The notes beneath the pieces are model-generated. The model was not told the origin of the DNA and searched no databases. It saw only the letters and a program-made list of their open reading frames with translations. The translations under genes were made by a program, and so were the position numbers. From Acidobacteriota bacterium (GTDB lineage Bacteria > Acidobacteriota > UBA6911 > RPQK01 > JADFOI01), in the NCBI GenBank assembly GCA_963663035.1, contig OY760074.1, forward strand, positions 2,400,001-2,464,000: DNA of 64,000 nucleotides. The letters run 5' to 3'. This document shows, one piece after another, positions 1 to 9,104 of this stretch (positions within the stretch are counted from its first letter, which is position 1; each line of letters opens with the position of its first letter).

Positions 1-556
1 TTTCCACTTGAATGAACTCCAGCTCAACCGGAGTGGCTCGACCAAAGATCGTCACCATCACCTTTACCGTGTTCCGTTCCAGATTCACATCCTCAACCAG
101 ACCAGTAAAGTTGGAGAACGGTCCGTCGATGATTTTCACCGTTTCACCCGTCTCGAACATAAACTTCGGCTTCGGCTTTTCGTCGGCCGAAGAAACACGG
201 TTCACGACCTGACTCACCTCTTCCTCTGTCAAGGGAGTGGGCTTGTTCCCCTGGCTCACAAATCCAGTGACCTTGGGTGTATTTCTCACCACGTGCCAGG
301 TTTCTTCGGTCATGGCCATTTCCACCAGGATATAACCGGGAAAGAAAAGCTTTGAGGTCACCACCTTCTTCCCACCTTTCATCTCAACCACGTCTTCGGT
401 GGGAATGAGGATCTGCCCAATTTCACTTTGCAGTTCATGGACCTGGACCCGGTTCATCAGGCTTTCTGCCACCTTCCGTTCAAAGCCGGAATAGGTATGG
501 ATGATGTACCACTTTTTTCCCTTTTCCTCGGCCTGAGATGTCGTAATTGTCTTCAC
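1..556 (-). CDS. nusG: Transcription termination/antitermination factor NusG (3' end runs off the window)
   Basis: Manual translation from GTG at 556: [12 protein letters not shown]...GPFSNFTG...[18 protein letters not shown]; follows secE. Confidence 0.97.
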   Translation of the reverse strand, partial: MKTITTSQAEEKGKKWYIIHTYSGFERKVAESLMNRVQVHELQSEIGQILIPTEDVVEMKGGKKVVTSKLFFPGYILVEMAMTEETWHVVRNTPKVTGFVSQGNKPTPLTEEEVSQVVNRVSSADEKPKPKFMFETGETVKIIDGPFSNFTGLVEDVNLERNTVKVMVTIFGRATPVELEFIQVE

Positions 557-588
557 CTCACTTTATGACTGCGACGAAACCATCCAGT

Positions 589-801
589 CTAGAAAAAGTC
601 AATGACTCGCCTCACAAGCCTACTCAACACGACGTCCACCAGGGCCAAGTATACCCCGAAAAAGAAAACCGTAATGATGACAACCAATGTCGTCCCGTAG
701 ACTTCCTTTTTGCTTGGCCAGGTGACTTTCCTGAGCTCCGTTTTCACATCACCGTAGAAAGTGATCAAGTTCCTTGGTGCGTGCCGAACCTTTTCTAACA
801 T
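589..801 (-). CDS. secE: Preprotein translocase subunit SecE
   Basis: ELRKVTWPS motif plus one TM helix; lies between tRNA-Trp and nusG. Confidence 0.96.
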   Translation of the reverse strand: MLEKVRHAPRNLITFYGDVKTELRKVTWPSKKEVYGTTLVVIITVFFFGVYLALVDVVLSRLVRRVIDFF

Positions 802-811
802 AAGACTATAA

Positions 812-888
812 TGGCAGGCCAGGAGGGATTCGAACCCCCAACATCCGGTTTTGGAGACCGGCGCTCTACCAGTTGGAGCTACTGGCCT
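812..888 (-). tRNA. tRNA-Trp (CCA)
   Basis: Reverse complement AGGCCAGTAGCTCCAACTGGTAGAGCGCCGGTCTCCAAAACCGG...GTTCGAATCCCTCCTGGCCTGCCA; cloverleaf with anticodon CCA. Confidence 0.97.
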
Positions 889-895
889 AAGATTA

Positions 896-934
896 ACAAC
901 TCACAACTGACAACTGACAGCTGACAGCTGTCAG
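896..934. repeat. Phased heptamer array (CTGACAR-type) directly after the rpmG stop
   Basis: acaactcacaactgacaactgacagctgacagctgtcag. Confidence 0.85.
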
Positions 935-1084
935 TTACTTAATCTCCCGATGCAGTGTGTGGTGTCGACACCACTTACAGTATTTCTTAAGCTCCAGACG
1001 CCCCGTAACGTTCCTTTTGTTCTTGGTGGAAGTGTAATTCCTTCGTTTGCACTCTGTGCACTGGAACGTGATATTTTCCTGCAT
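935..1084 (-). CDS. rpmG: 50S ribosomal protein L33 (zinc-ribbon type)
   Basis: Below the ORF-track size cutoff; manual translation [49 protein letters not shown]. Confidence 0.97.
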   Translation of the reverse strand: MQENITFQCTECKRRNYTSTKNKRNVTGRLELKKYCKWCRHHTLHREIK

Positions 1085-1111
1085 TTTCTTTCAGCTTCCA
1101 GTTTTAAAAAT

Positions 1112-1155
1112 CTCCTTCTGGATTCTTTCTCCTGCCTCCTGACTCCTACCTCCTA
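1112..1155. repeat. Phased heptamer array (YAGGAGN) starting at the tuf stop codon
   Basis: Minus strand: TAGGAGG TAGGAGT CAGGAGG CAGGAGA AAGAATC CAGAAGG. Confidence 0.85.
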
Positions 1156-2340
1156 CTCCACTATCTGGGCAATGGTTCCGGCTCCCACCGTGTGCCCGCC
1201 CTCACGGATGGCAAAGCGCAGCCCTTTTTCCATGGCGATGGGCGTGATCAGTTGCACATCCACCGAAACGTTGTCTCCCGGCATGACCATCTCCGTTCCG
1301 CCCTCCAGCTCCACTGAGCCCGTCACATCCGTGGTTCGAAAATAAAACTGGGGCCGATACCCCGTGAAAAAGGGCGTGTGGCGTCCCCCTTCTTCTTTCG
1401 TCAAGATATAGGCTTCCCCTTTGAAGTGCTTATGGGGATTGATGCTTCCCGGCGCCGCTACCACCTGGCCCCGCTCCACGTCATCCTTGTCCGTCCCTCG
1501 CAGCAGCAGTCCAACATTGTCTCCCGCCTGGCCCTCGTCCAGCATCTTCTTGAACATCTCCACTCCCGTGACCACTCGCTTGAAGGTGTCTCGGATTCCC
1601 ACGATCTCCATCTCCTCTCCCACCTTCACCTGCCCTCGCTCCACTCGGCCCGTCACCACCGTCCCTCGTCCGCTGATGGTAAAAATATCCTCAACCGGCA
1701 TCAAAAACGGCTTGTCTATATCCCGCTCCGGTACCGGTATATACTCATCCACCGCTGCTAACAACTCCAGCACTTGCTTCTCCTCTTCCTCTCCCCCTTC
1801 CAGCGCCTTCAGTGCACTGCCCCGCACGATCGGGATATCATCTCCAGGAAACTCGTACTTGGAGAGCAGCTCCCTCACTTCCAGTTCCACCAGATCCAGC
1901 AGCTCCGGATCATCCACCATGTCCACCTTATTCAAGAACACCACGATATAGGGCACTCCCACCTGCCGCGCCAGCAGGATGTGCTCCCGCGTCTGCGGCA
2001 TCGGTCCATCCGCAGCCGACACCACCAGTATGGCCCCGTCCATCTGGGCCGCTCCCGTGATCATGTTCTTCACATAGTCCGCGTGTCCCGGGCAGTCCAC
2101 GTGCGCATAGTGCCGATTCTCCGTCTCGTACTCCACATGCGCTGTCGCTATCGTGATCCCTCGCTCCCTCTCCTCCGGTGCATTGTCGATGGAATCAAAC
2201 GTTCGCACCTCTATCTTCGAGTTCGCCTTGGCCAAAATGTGGGTGATGGCCGCCGTCAGCGTTGTCTTCCCGTGATCCACATGCCCGATCGTCCCGACGT
2301 TCACATGCGGCTTGGTTCGCTCAAATTTCTGTTTTGCCAT
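1153..2340 (-). CDS. tuf: Elongation factor Tu
   Basis: [17 protein letters not shown] and NKVD motifs; 395 aa. Confidence 0.99.
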   Translation of the reverse strand: MAKQKFERTKPHVNVGTIGHVDHGKTTLTAAITHILAKANSKIEVRTFDSIDNAPEERERGITIATAHVEYETENRHYAHVDCPGHADYVKNMITGAAQMDGAILVVSAADGPMPQTREHILLARQVGVPYIVVFLNKVDMVDDPELLDLVELEVRELLSKYEFPGDDIPIVRGSALKALEGGEEEEKQVLELLAAVDEYIPVPERDIDKPFLMPVEDIFTISGRGTVVTGRVERGQVKVGEEMEIVGIRDTFKRVVTGVEMFKKMLDEGQAGDNVGLLLRGTDKDDVERGQVVAAPGSINPHKHFKGEAYILTKEEGGRHTPFFTGYRPQFYFRTTDVTGSVELEGGTEMVMPGDNVSVDVQLITPIAMEKGLRFAIREGGHTVGAGTIAQIVE

Positions 2341-2380
2341 AACTTCTCCTCTTCCTTTAGGTCTAACGCGGTCAGCACAT

Positions 2381-2452
<72 letters not shown>

Positions 2453-2526
2453 ACGTTGTTGGTTAATGGCTCGCGGGCAGCGTTACCGTCCTAGTTCCTT
2501 GAATCCAAAACAACCATTCACATGAC

Positions 2527-2601
2527 TGGAGCGGGAGACGGGACTCGAACCCGCGACCAATAGCTTGGAAGGCTATGACTCTACCACTGAGTTACTCCCG
2601 C
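2527..2601 (-). tRNA. tRNA-Gly (TCC)
   Basis: GCGGGAGTAACTCAGTGGTAGAGTCATAGCCTTCCAAGCTAT...GTTCGAGTCCCGTCTCCCGCTCCA. Confidence 0.96.
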
Positions 2602-2663
2602 TCGCCGACCCAAAACGCTCATTATCTCTATTTTTCAAAGGCCGTGCAACTCTAGAAATTCTG

Positions 2664-2748
2664 TGGAGGGGGCAGGATTCGAACCTGCGTAGACCCGAAG
2701 GTCGACGGGTTTACAGCCCGTTGCCATTGGCCGCTCGACCACCCCTCC
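2664..2748 (-). tRNA. tRNA-Tyr (GTA)
   Basis: GGAGGGGTGGTCGAGCGGCCAATGGCAACGGGCTGTAAACCCG, long variable arm, GTTCGAATCC T-loop. Confidence 0.96.
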
Positions 2749-2817
2749 AAAACGAAACGCGAACACACTTCTCTCTCTTATATGGCCCAGCCGTTGGCCG
2801 ACTCGCTTTGATTGTTC

Positions 2818-2889
2818 AGCTGGCGAAGGGAATCGAACCCCCAACCTACTAATTACAAATCAGTTGCTCTACCGTTGAGCTACGCCAGC
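2818..2889 (-). tRNA. tRNA-Thr (TGT)
   Basis: GCTGGCGTAGCTCAACGGTAGAGCAACTGATTTGTAATTAG...GTTCGATTCCCTTCGCCAGCT; canonical Thr-Tyr-Gly-Thr-tuf order. Confidence 0.95.
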
Positions 2890-2948
2890 CCACAGGGAAC
2901 TGATAGACCACAGGAGAAAGTGTAAGTTAGCACAGGGTGGCCCCCTTT

Positions 2949-4001
2949 TCAACGCCAGGGGAGAGTTTGGGGACAATCCAGGTCTTGAAAGGCCAGAACG
3001 CGAGCGGATATCCGAAAGCGAAAGAGAAGTCGATAAAAATCAAGGTCCGCAATCCGGCGGGTCTTTCGGATTCTTCGACGCTCCTGAAACACTCTACCCA
3101 GGTGATGAAACCCATCGCCATAAGCCCGTCCCAGCGTCTGCACAAGTGCCCAAAGAGAGGTCTGCTGTCGAAAGTTTCCAGCAGGTCCCCGTCCCAGCAG
3201 GGCAGCCAGGAGATTCCACACCCATCGATTGAAAGTAAACACGGGGCTAATCATCAATAAGGGCAGCGGAAAATTCTTCACTGCCAACCAGAAACGGTTC
3301 CGTTCCACCCAGTAGATTTTCTGAAGCGAGTAGCGACCACTGGTGGAGGAATGCCGATGATAGAGAACCGCATCGGGAACATACAGACATTTCCAGCCCA
3401 TCCAACGACCTCGGATCCCCAGGTCGGCGTCGTCACCGTAGGCAAAAAAGCTCTCGTCAAACTCCCCAACCTCCTCCAGCATGCGTTTGCGATACACCGC
3501 CCCACAGCCGTCTGGAAACAGAGTTTCCTCCAGGCGCTGGTATTGGCCCGCGTCCCGTTCTCCAGTTCCACGGCCTCGATTCTGGCCGTCGAGATAGATC
3601 AGATGTCCAGCCTTGTCGATGATATTGGTTTCAAAGAGAAGCAGTTTCGAAGCCCACATACCTATCTCTTCTCCAGAAGCCCTGATGACCTTCACCAGCT
3701 TTCCTATCCACTCTTTATCCGCAACCGCATCGTTATTGATCAGAGCAATGAACTCTCCCCTGGCTTCTCGGATGGCGACATTGCTCCCGCCGGCAAAACC
3801 GTAATTTCGATCCAGTGGGAAAAGTCGGATGCGCTCATCGGGAAAGGACCGGACAACGGCCAGGCTGTTATCCCTGGACCCATTGTCGACAACCAGGATC
3901 TCCAGAGAAGAGTAGGTCTGTTTCAACAACGATACCAGGCACTGCCGAAGAAGCTCCCCCCGGTTGTAGTTGACAACAATGACTGAAACAAGCGGATTCA
4001 T
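2949..4001 (-). CDS. Glycosyltransferase family 2
   Basis: VSVIVVNYN, VVDNGSRD, LINND and FFAYGDDADL motifs. Confidence 0.92.
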   Translation of the reverse strand: MNPLVSVIVVNYNRGELLRQCLVSLLKQTYSSLEILVVDNGSRDNSLAVVRSFPDERIRLFPLDRNYGFAGGSNVAIREARGEFIALINNDAVADKEWIGKLVKVIRASGEEIGMWASKLLLFETNIIDKAGHLIYLDGQNRGRGTGERDAGQYQRLEETLFPDGCGAVYRKRMLEEVGEFDESFFAYGDDADLGIRGRWMGWKCLYVPDAVLYHRHSSTSGRYSLQKIYWVERNRFWLAVKNFPLPLLMISPVFTFNRWVWNLLAALLGRGPAGNFRQQTSLWALVQTLGRAYGDGFHHLGRVFQERRRIRKTRRIADLDFYRLLFRFRISARVLAFQDLDCPQTLPWR

Positions 4002-4004
4002 AAC

Positions 4005-5381
4005 TCACGGCCGCCCAACAGCAAAATAGACGAACCCCAGCTCCTGCATCTCTCGGCGACTGTATTGATTTCTGCCATCGAAGATCACGGGATCCTGCAG
4101 CAATTCCTTCATCTTCTTGAAATCGGGATTCCGAAACTCGTTCCATTCCGTCACCAGGATCAAGGCATCTGCATCTCTCAAAGCTTCATAATTGTTTTTG
4201 GCATAACGAATTTTCTTACCAAAGATTTTGCGAGCCTCCCTCATGGCTTCCGGATCATAGACCTGAATCTTGGCTCCCAGCGCCAGCAGCTGCTCAATCA
4301 CGACACGTGAAGGAGCCTCTCGCATGTCATCCGTCTGAGGTTTAAAGGCCAGTCCCCAAATGGCAAATGTCTTTCCCTTGACCGGACTGTTGGAACCATA
4401 CTGTTTCTTGATTTCCGAGAGGGAAAGGGAATGGAGTTGCTGGTGCGATGTTGCATCCTCGGAGGAGTAGAACTTCAGGATCTTGTTGATCAGGATGTGC
4501 TTCTGAAGTTCGTTGACTTCATCCACCGCCTGGATCAGCGTCAAGGGATAATTTTTTTCACGACCCATATGGATCAGGGCCTTCACATCTTTCGGGAAAC
4601 AGGATCCGCCATAACCCAATCCGGGAAAAAGAAAAGAAGCGCCAATTCGTCGGTCCCGGGAGATGGCATGTCGCACCTGATCGACATCCGCCCCGGTGTG
4701 CTCGCACAGGTTTGCAATCTCATTCATGAAGGAGATGCGACTGGCCAGCATGGCGTTGGCCGCATATTTCGTCATCTCAGCACTGCGGGTGTCCATCACC
4801 AGGATGGGTGCGCCGGTTCGAGTGAAGGGCGCGTATAAATCCTTCATGATGGCAGCCACTCGGGGCTCGGTGACACCGATCACGACCCGGTCAGGCTTCA
4901 TGAAGTCCTCAACAGCAGAACCCGCTTTCAAGAATTCGGGATTGGCCACAACATCAAACTGGAACTCTGTCAGAGAGGAGATCTCCTGGGAAATTTGATC
5001 GGCTGTGCCCACCGGAACGGTGCTCTTGGTGACGATGATCTTATAGTCGTCCATGGCCTTGGCGATAGCCCGTGACGCTTCCATAACGTAGCTCAAGTCG
5101 GAGGAACCATCTTCATCTGATGGAGTCCCGACAGCGATGGCAACGATCAGTGAGTTGTTCACCGCCCAGGGGAGATCGGTGGTAAAACGAAGACGCTCTT
5201 CTTGCTCGTTTCGCCGGATGAGCTCCTGAAGGCCTGGCTCATAGATGGGAATTTTTCCCTTTTGCAGCTGGGCAATCTTCTTCTCGTCCACATCCATACA
5301 GATCACGTCATTGCCGGTTTCAGCGAAGCAAGTTCCCGCCACCAGGCCGACATAACCTGTTCCAATCACACAGATCTTCAT
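4005..5381 (-). CDS. ugd: UDP-glucose 6-dehydrogenase
   Basis: GTGYVG, NPEFLKAG, catalytic GYGGSCFPKD and AFKPQTDDMRE motifs. Confidence 0.93.
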   Translation of the reverse strand: MKICVIGTGYVGLVAGTCFAETGNDVICMDVDEKKIAQLQKGKIPIYEPGLQELIRRNEQEERLRFTTDLPWAVNNSLIVAIAVGTPSDEDGSSDLSYVMEASRAIAKAMDDYKIIVTKSTVPVGTADQISQEISSLTEFQFDVVANPEFLKAGSAVEDFMKPDRVVIGVTEPRVAAIMKDLYAPFTRTGAPILVMDTRSAEMTKYAANAMLASRISFMNEIANLCEHTGADVDQVRHAISRDRRIGASFLFPGLGYGGSCFPKDVKALIHMGREKNYPLTLIQAVDEVNELQKHILINKILKFYSSEDATSHQQLHSLSLSEIKKQYGSNSPVKGKTFAIWGLAFKPQTDDMREAPSRVVIEQLLALGAKIQVYDPEAMREARKIFGKKIRYAKNNYEALRDADALILVTEWNEFRNPDFKKMKELLQDPVIFDGRNQYSRREMQELGFVYFAVGRP

Positions 5382-5397
5382 GGGTCAAAGACTTTCT

Positions 5398-6345
5398 TCA
5401 ATCTAGGGTGACGTACACCGTCACGGTGGCGCCGCGGCCCAGGGCCGCCTCTATGAGAGCAAAAGGTTGGGCCAGAATTATGAGAGCGAGATAGGCGCTC
5501 TCCTTAATGGATAGACTCAAAGGGTTCAACTTTCCCTTCTTCTTCAAGTGCTTGACACGCTGGGACATGGTGTCCAGAGCAGGAAACAGGCTTGAGACCA
5601 AAGCGGCCCCATTGTCGCGGAGAGAGAAATGACGCACTCGTTGGATTCGATAACCGGCCCTCCCCAGCAAGTGCAAAACCGAGAAGGTACTGTAATTGTA
5701 AACATGTCTCGGACAATCCAAGCCATACCAGCGAGAGCCCAGGATCCTGGCCTGCAGGCTTTGGACATTGGGCACCTGGATAATCACTTGACCCGGTTTG
5801 TGAAGAAGCTTTTGAATGTTCCTGAGATATCGAAACGGGTCTGTCATATGCTCAAGAGAGTGGAACAAAGTTAGAATATCAAATTTTTCACCCCGGCTGA
5901 TCAGGTCCTGTACGCTGCCCTCGAGAATTCGTCCAGGCGCGGTCCTCTGCGCGATCCCGAGGGCCTCTTCGGACTGCTCGAGACCATAAGCATCAAATCC
6001 CGCTTGAAAAGCCAGCTTGAGGAAGGTTCCACTACCGCAGCCAATATCAAGCAGCCGACCCTGCCTGTCAGGGAAAAGTGAGAGCACGAAACCCAACTGA
6101 TCGTGTCGCACCACCCATTCTCGATAGGCTCTCTCAAGCCATGAGAGCTTTCCCGTTTCCTGCCACCAATACCCGGAAGGGTAGAATTCTGGCAGACGAT
6201 CCCGGATCTTGTCCTCTTCCTGGAAGAGCAGATCGCAACTGCTGCAGTGATAGAGCCAGAACTCCTCGGTGGAGACTTCAAAGAAGCGATCCGTCATCCG
6301 ATAACGAGCCTGGACGTTGGGATACTCACAAATGGGACAGTGCAT
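5398..6345 (-). CDS. Class I SAM-dependent methyltransferase with N-terminal Cys pairs
   Basis: Likely start MHCPIC; LLDIGCGSG, HSLEH, VPN and PRH motifs typical of glycan-locus methyltransferases. Confidence 0.88.
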   Translation of the reverse strand: MHCPICEYPNVQARYRMTDRFFEVSTEEFWLYHCSSCDLLFQEEDKIRDRLPEFYPSGYWWQETGKLSWLERAYREWVVRHDQLGFVLSLFPDRQGRLLDIGCGSGTFLKLAFQAGFDAYGLEQSEEALGIAQRTAPGRILEGSVQDLISRGEKFDILTLFHSLEHMTDPFRYLRNIQKLLHKPGQVIIQVPNVQSLQARILGSRWYGLDCPRHVYNYSTFSVLHLLGRAGYRIQRVRHFSLRDNGAALVSSLFPALDTMSQRVKHLKKKGKLNPLSLSIKESAYLALIILAQPFALIEAALGRGATVTVYVTLD

Positions 6346-6361
6346 ACTGGATTCGAATTGA

Positions 6362-6408
6362 AAATTAGAATCCAGTATGCAGAATTCAGAAGCCAGAATC
6401 CACAATTC
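6362..6408. repeat. Degenerate heptamer array (CAGAATY-like)
   Basis: tagaatc cagtatg cagaatt cagaagc cagaatc cacaatt. Confidence 0.75.
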
Positions 6409-6517
6409 ATAATAAAGGTGTCTAGGGAGCTTGGGGAAACTTGTTCCCCTTTTGATTTGCACACAAAACACCAATATCGCTATTCTGTCAGTCTGACATG
6501 AACGGTGTACGAACTGT

Positions 6518-7507
6518 ATGAAAGCTCTCATTACTGGCGGCGCTGGATTCATCGGCTCTCATTTATCCGAATATCTTCTGGAGCAGGGCCATCAGGTGTT
6601 TGTCGTAGATGACCTTTCAACGGGCAACGTTGAAAATATCCTTCACCTGAAAACCAATCCCAATTTTCACTACACCATTGACACCATCATGAATGTGCCT
6701 GCGACGGCGGAACTGGTTGACCGCTGCGATGTGGTCTTTCACCTGGCGGCAGCGGTTGGAGTGAAACTGATTGTGAAGAGCCCGGTCCGCACCATTGAGA
6801 CCAACACCAAAGGCACTGAAATCATCCTGGAATTAGCCGACAAGAAGAAGAAGAAGGTACTCATCACCTCCACCTCGGAAGTGTATGGGAAAGGAAAGCA
6901 GGTTCCATTTTCTGAAGCCGACGATCTGGTACTCGGTCCCACCCATAAAGGAAGATGGAGTTACGCCTGCAGCAAGGCCATCGATGAATTCCTGGCCCTG
7001 GCCTACTGGCACGAAAAAAGACTGCCCGTGGTCGTGACACGCCTGTTCAACACCGTAGGACCTCGTCAGATCGGGCGTTACGGCATGGTCCTGCCCACAT
7101 TTGTCAAGCAGGCGCTTTTGGGAGAGGAAATTACCGTTTTCGGAGACGGCAGTCAGGCCCGCTGCTTCGCCCACGTCTCGGATGTGGTGGAAGCTCTTTA
7201 CAAGCTCTCAGAAAAGGAGGAGGCGGTGGGCAAGGTCTTCAACATCGGCTCAAACGAAGAGAGTACGATTCTGAATCTGGCCAAGAAAGTGAAATCCATG
7301 ACTGCCAGTCAATCCAAAATCGTATTTATCCCTTACGACAAAGCCTATGAGGAGGGCTTTGAAGATATGCCTCGCCGCGTCCCCGATGTCTCCCGCCTGC
7401 AGTCACTGATTGGATTCGGGCCAGCCAAGAAACTTGAACAGATTATCCAGAGCGTGATCGATTACCAGAGAGCTCTCCTGGAAGCCACAAAAGACACCGC
7501 TATTTAG
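6518..7507 (+). CDS. NAD-dependent nucleotide-sugar epimerase/dehydratase (extended SDR)
   Basis: TGGAGFIG, STSEVYG, YACSK (YxxxK) and RLFNTVGPRQ motifs. Confidence 0.92.
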   Translation: MKALITGGAGFIGSHLSEYLLEQGHQVFVVDDLSTGNVENILHLKTNPNFHYTIDTIMNVPATAELVDRCDVVFHLAAAVGVKLIVKSPVRTIETNTKGTEIILELADKKKKKVLITSTSEVYGKGKQVPFSEADDLVLGPTHKGRWSYACSKAIDEFLALAYWHEKRLPVVVTRLFNTVGPRQIGRYGMVLPTFVKQALLGEEITVFGDGSQARCFAHVSDVVEALYKLSEKEEAVGKVFNIGSNEESTILNLAKKVKSMTASQSKIVFIPYDKAYEEGFEDMPRRVPDVSRLQSLIGFGPAKKLEQIIQSVIDYQRALLEATKDTAI

Positions 7508-7518
7508 GGCCTTGGCAT

Positions 7519-8982
7519 TTACTGGGATGGAATGGTGGAAATGGACTCACCCGCGAAATCTCCGAACAGGGCAAAGCTTAAAATCTCCTCCCCGGAACGC
7601 ACGCGGAAATAACCACCCATCTGGCCCGCGGTGGCGGGGATGAGTTCGAGCAGAAGTTTCGCTTTCCTTCCACCCACAGGCAGCGTGAAGCTGCTCTCAC
7701 CCACCTGAGTTCCCACCTGATCGAAAGCCTCAACTGTCACCTCCACCGGGTTCTGTTGGGGGTTCAGCACCGCCACTCCGGTCAAAAAGCCCAGATCCTG
7801 GGCGATATGTGCATAAAAGGCATCGGTATCGCCAGCCAGAAAAAGTGGGAGAGAAGCGGATAACCTCCCATCGGAGCTTCTCAATCGGACCGAGCCGTTC
7901 ACACTGGAAGCCTCGAGGGAGGAATCGAGGAAATTGTCCTGCAAGTCTATACGAAGAGATCCCACAATCTGCTCGTCGCTGGGAAGTCCAAAGAGGGAAG
8001 AGATAGTGAGGATGCTTTGCTCTTGGGGTCCCAGAGAGATCTGTACGGGACTCAAGCGCAGATTGCCCTCGTCATCCAGGGCGCTCAGCAGCAGGGTTGC
8101 CGATTTTGAGGAATCTGTGTTGATCAAGTTCAGCTCGGTGTCAAATCCCCCTCCCACGGCGAAATGGGGGATCTGGTAGGACCGCTGACGAAATGGTGTG
8201 GGTTGGGCACTGAGAAGGTTCAGGCTCTGCTCGGTTCCGAAGGTTTCAAAGGCAACCACACCTTCGCTCCCCGCAACCCCCTGGACATACCCTCCGGGGA
8301 ACATCGCCAATTCAACTTCCAAAAGTGTGGCTAAATCCTGGACCACGGTCCCCTGAGGCGGCAGGGCCACTGTCCGGGAAGCGATAACTTTTCCAGAAAG
8401 GTCGTGAAGCGTGAGTTCGACCTCGAGATCCGAATCGACTGAGGGATTGAAAAGGTGGACAGTGGTAAAAGGCAACTCCCCTTCCCGAGAAATGTTGGGA
8501 AGAACAAAGGCCTTCAAGGGTGTCTGTCGGGCGGTCCCCCGACCCAGCAGCGTGCTTTCCTGATTGCCAATGAGAAATAAGGTGCCGACCGCGGCCCGGT
8601 GGCTCTGAAAAGATATTCTTTCCAGACCCGCTGACAGGATGTCAACACCGAAAACGTCCTCCACCAATGCCCATGTTTGCCCTCTGGGCGGGACCAGAAG
8701 TGCGGCCGGGTTGAGGATATCCGCCCCGGCGATGAGCTCACCGCTGGGGTCCAGCGCTCTCAGCTCAACTTGCACCTCAAAGTCAGCCGTGTTGGTAAAA
8801 GCTATCCCCATATATTGCTCTGGCACCACGACGGTGGGGAAAAATCCCCCGAAACTGCCGCTGCTCTGGAAACCCTCCGTCTGTGCACTCAAGAAGGGAC
8901 TGGCGCAAACCAGGAGCAGGCAAAAAACGCCCACTGATGACTTCAAACCGTTACGAATGTTCAAAATAAGGTTATCTCCCAA
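7519..8982 (-). CDS. Secreted protein with four tandem ~110-125 aa beta-rich repeats, function unknown
   Basis: Signal peptide (VFCLLLVCASPFLSA-Q); recurring pattern (F/I)P/H...G/T.hhh.N......h.h...D..G. Confidence 0.75.
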   Translation of the reverse strand: MGDNLILNIRNGLKSSVGVFCLLLVCASPFLSAQTEGFQSSGSFGGFFPTVVVPEQYMGIAFTNTADFEVQVELRALDPSGELIAGADILNPAALLVPPRGQTWALVEDVFGVDILSAGLERISFQSHRAAVGTLFLIGNQESTLLGRGTARQTPLKAFVLPNISREGELPFTTVHLFNPSVDSDLEVELTLHDLSGKVIASRTVALPPQGTVVQDLATLLEVELAMFPGGYVQGVAGSEGVVAFETFGTEQSLNLLSAQPTPFRQRSYQIPHFAVGGGFDTELNLINTDSSKSATLLLSALDDEGNLRLSPVQISLGPQEQSILTISSLFGLPSDEQIVGSLRIDLQDNFLDSSLEASSVNGSVRLRSSDGRLSASLPLFLAGDTDAFYAHIAQDLGFLTGVAVLNPQQNPVEVTVEAFDQVGTQVGESSFTLPVGGRKAKLLLELIPATAGQMGGYFRVRSGEEILSFALFGDFAGESISTIPSQ

Positions 8983-9104
8983 GGCTCTATTATAGCTCTA
9001 AGAGGCAAAAAGTGCGACGAGGGGTGAGAATCCGCACCCCTGCGGCCGATTTGCGACTGCGAAATTCTGGCAAAGACCACATGAGTCGACTATCCTCACA
9101 CCTA

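Noticed and set aside
5398-6552. Long N-terminal extensions given by the ORF track (methyltransferase to 6552, gspF to 29474, gspK to 26213, polA to 45691, GT2 to 17817)
   Set aside because: The extensions translate repeat arrays, MITE remnants or neighbouring genes; family homology starts at the downstream starts used above.
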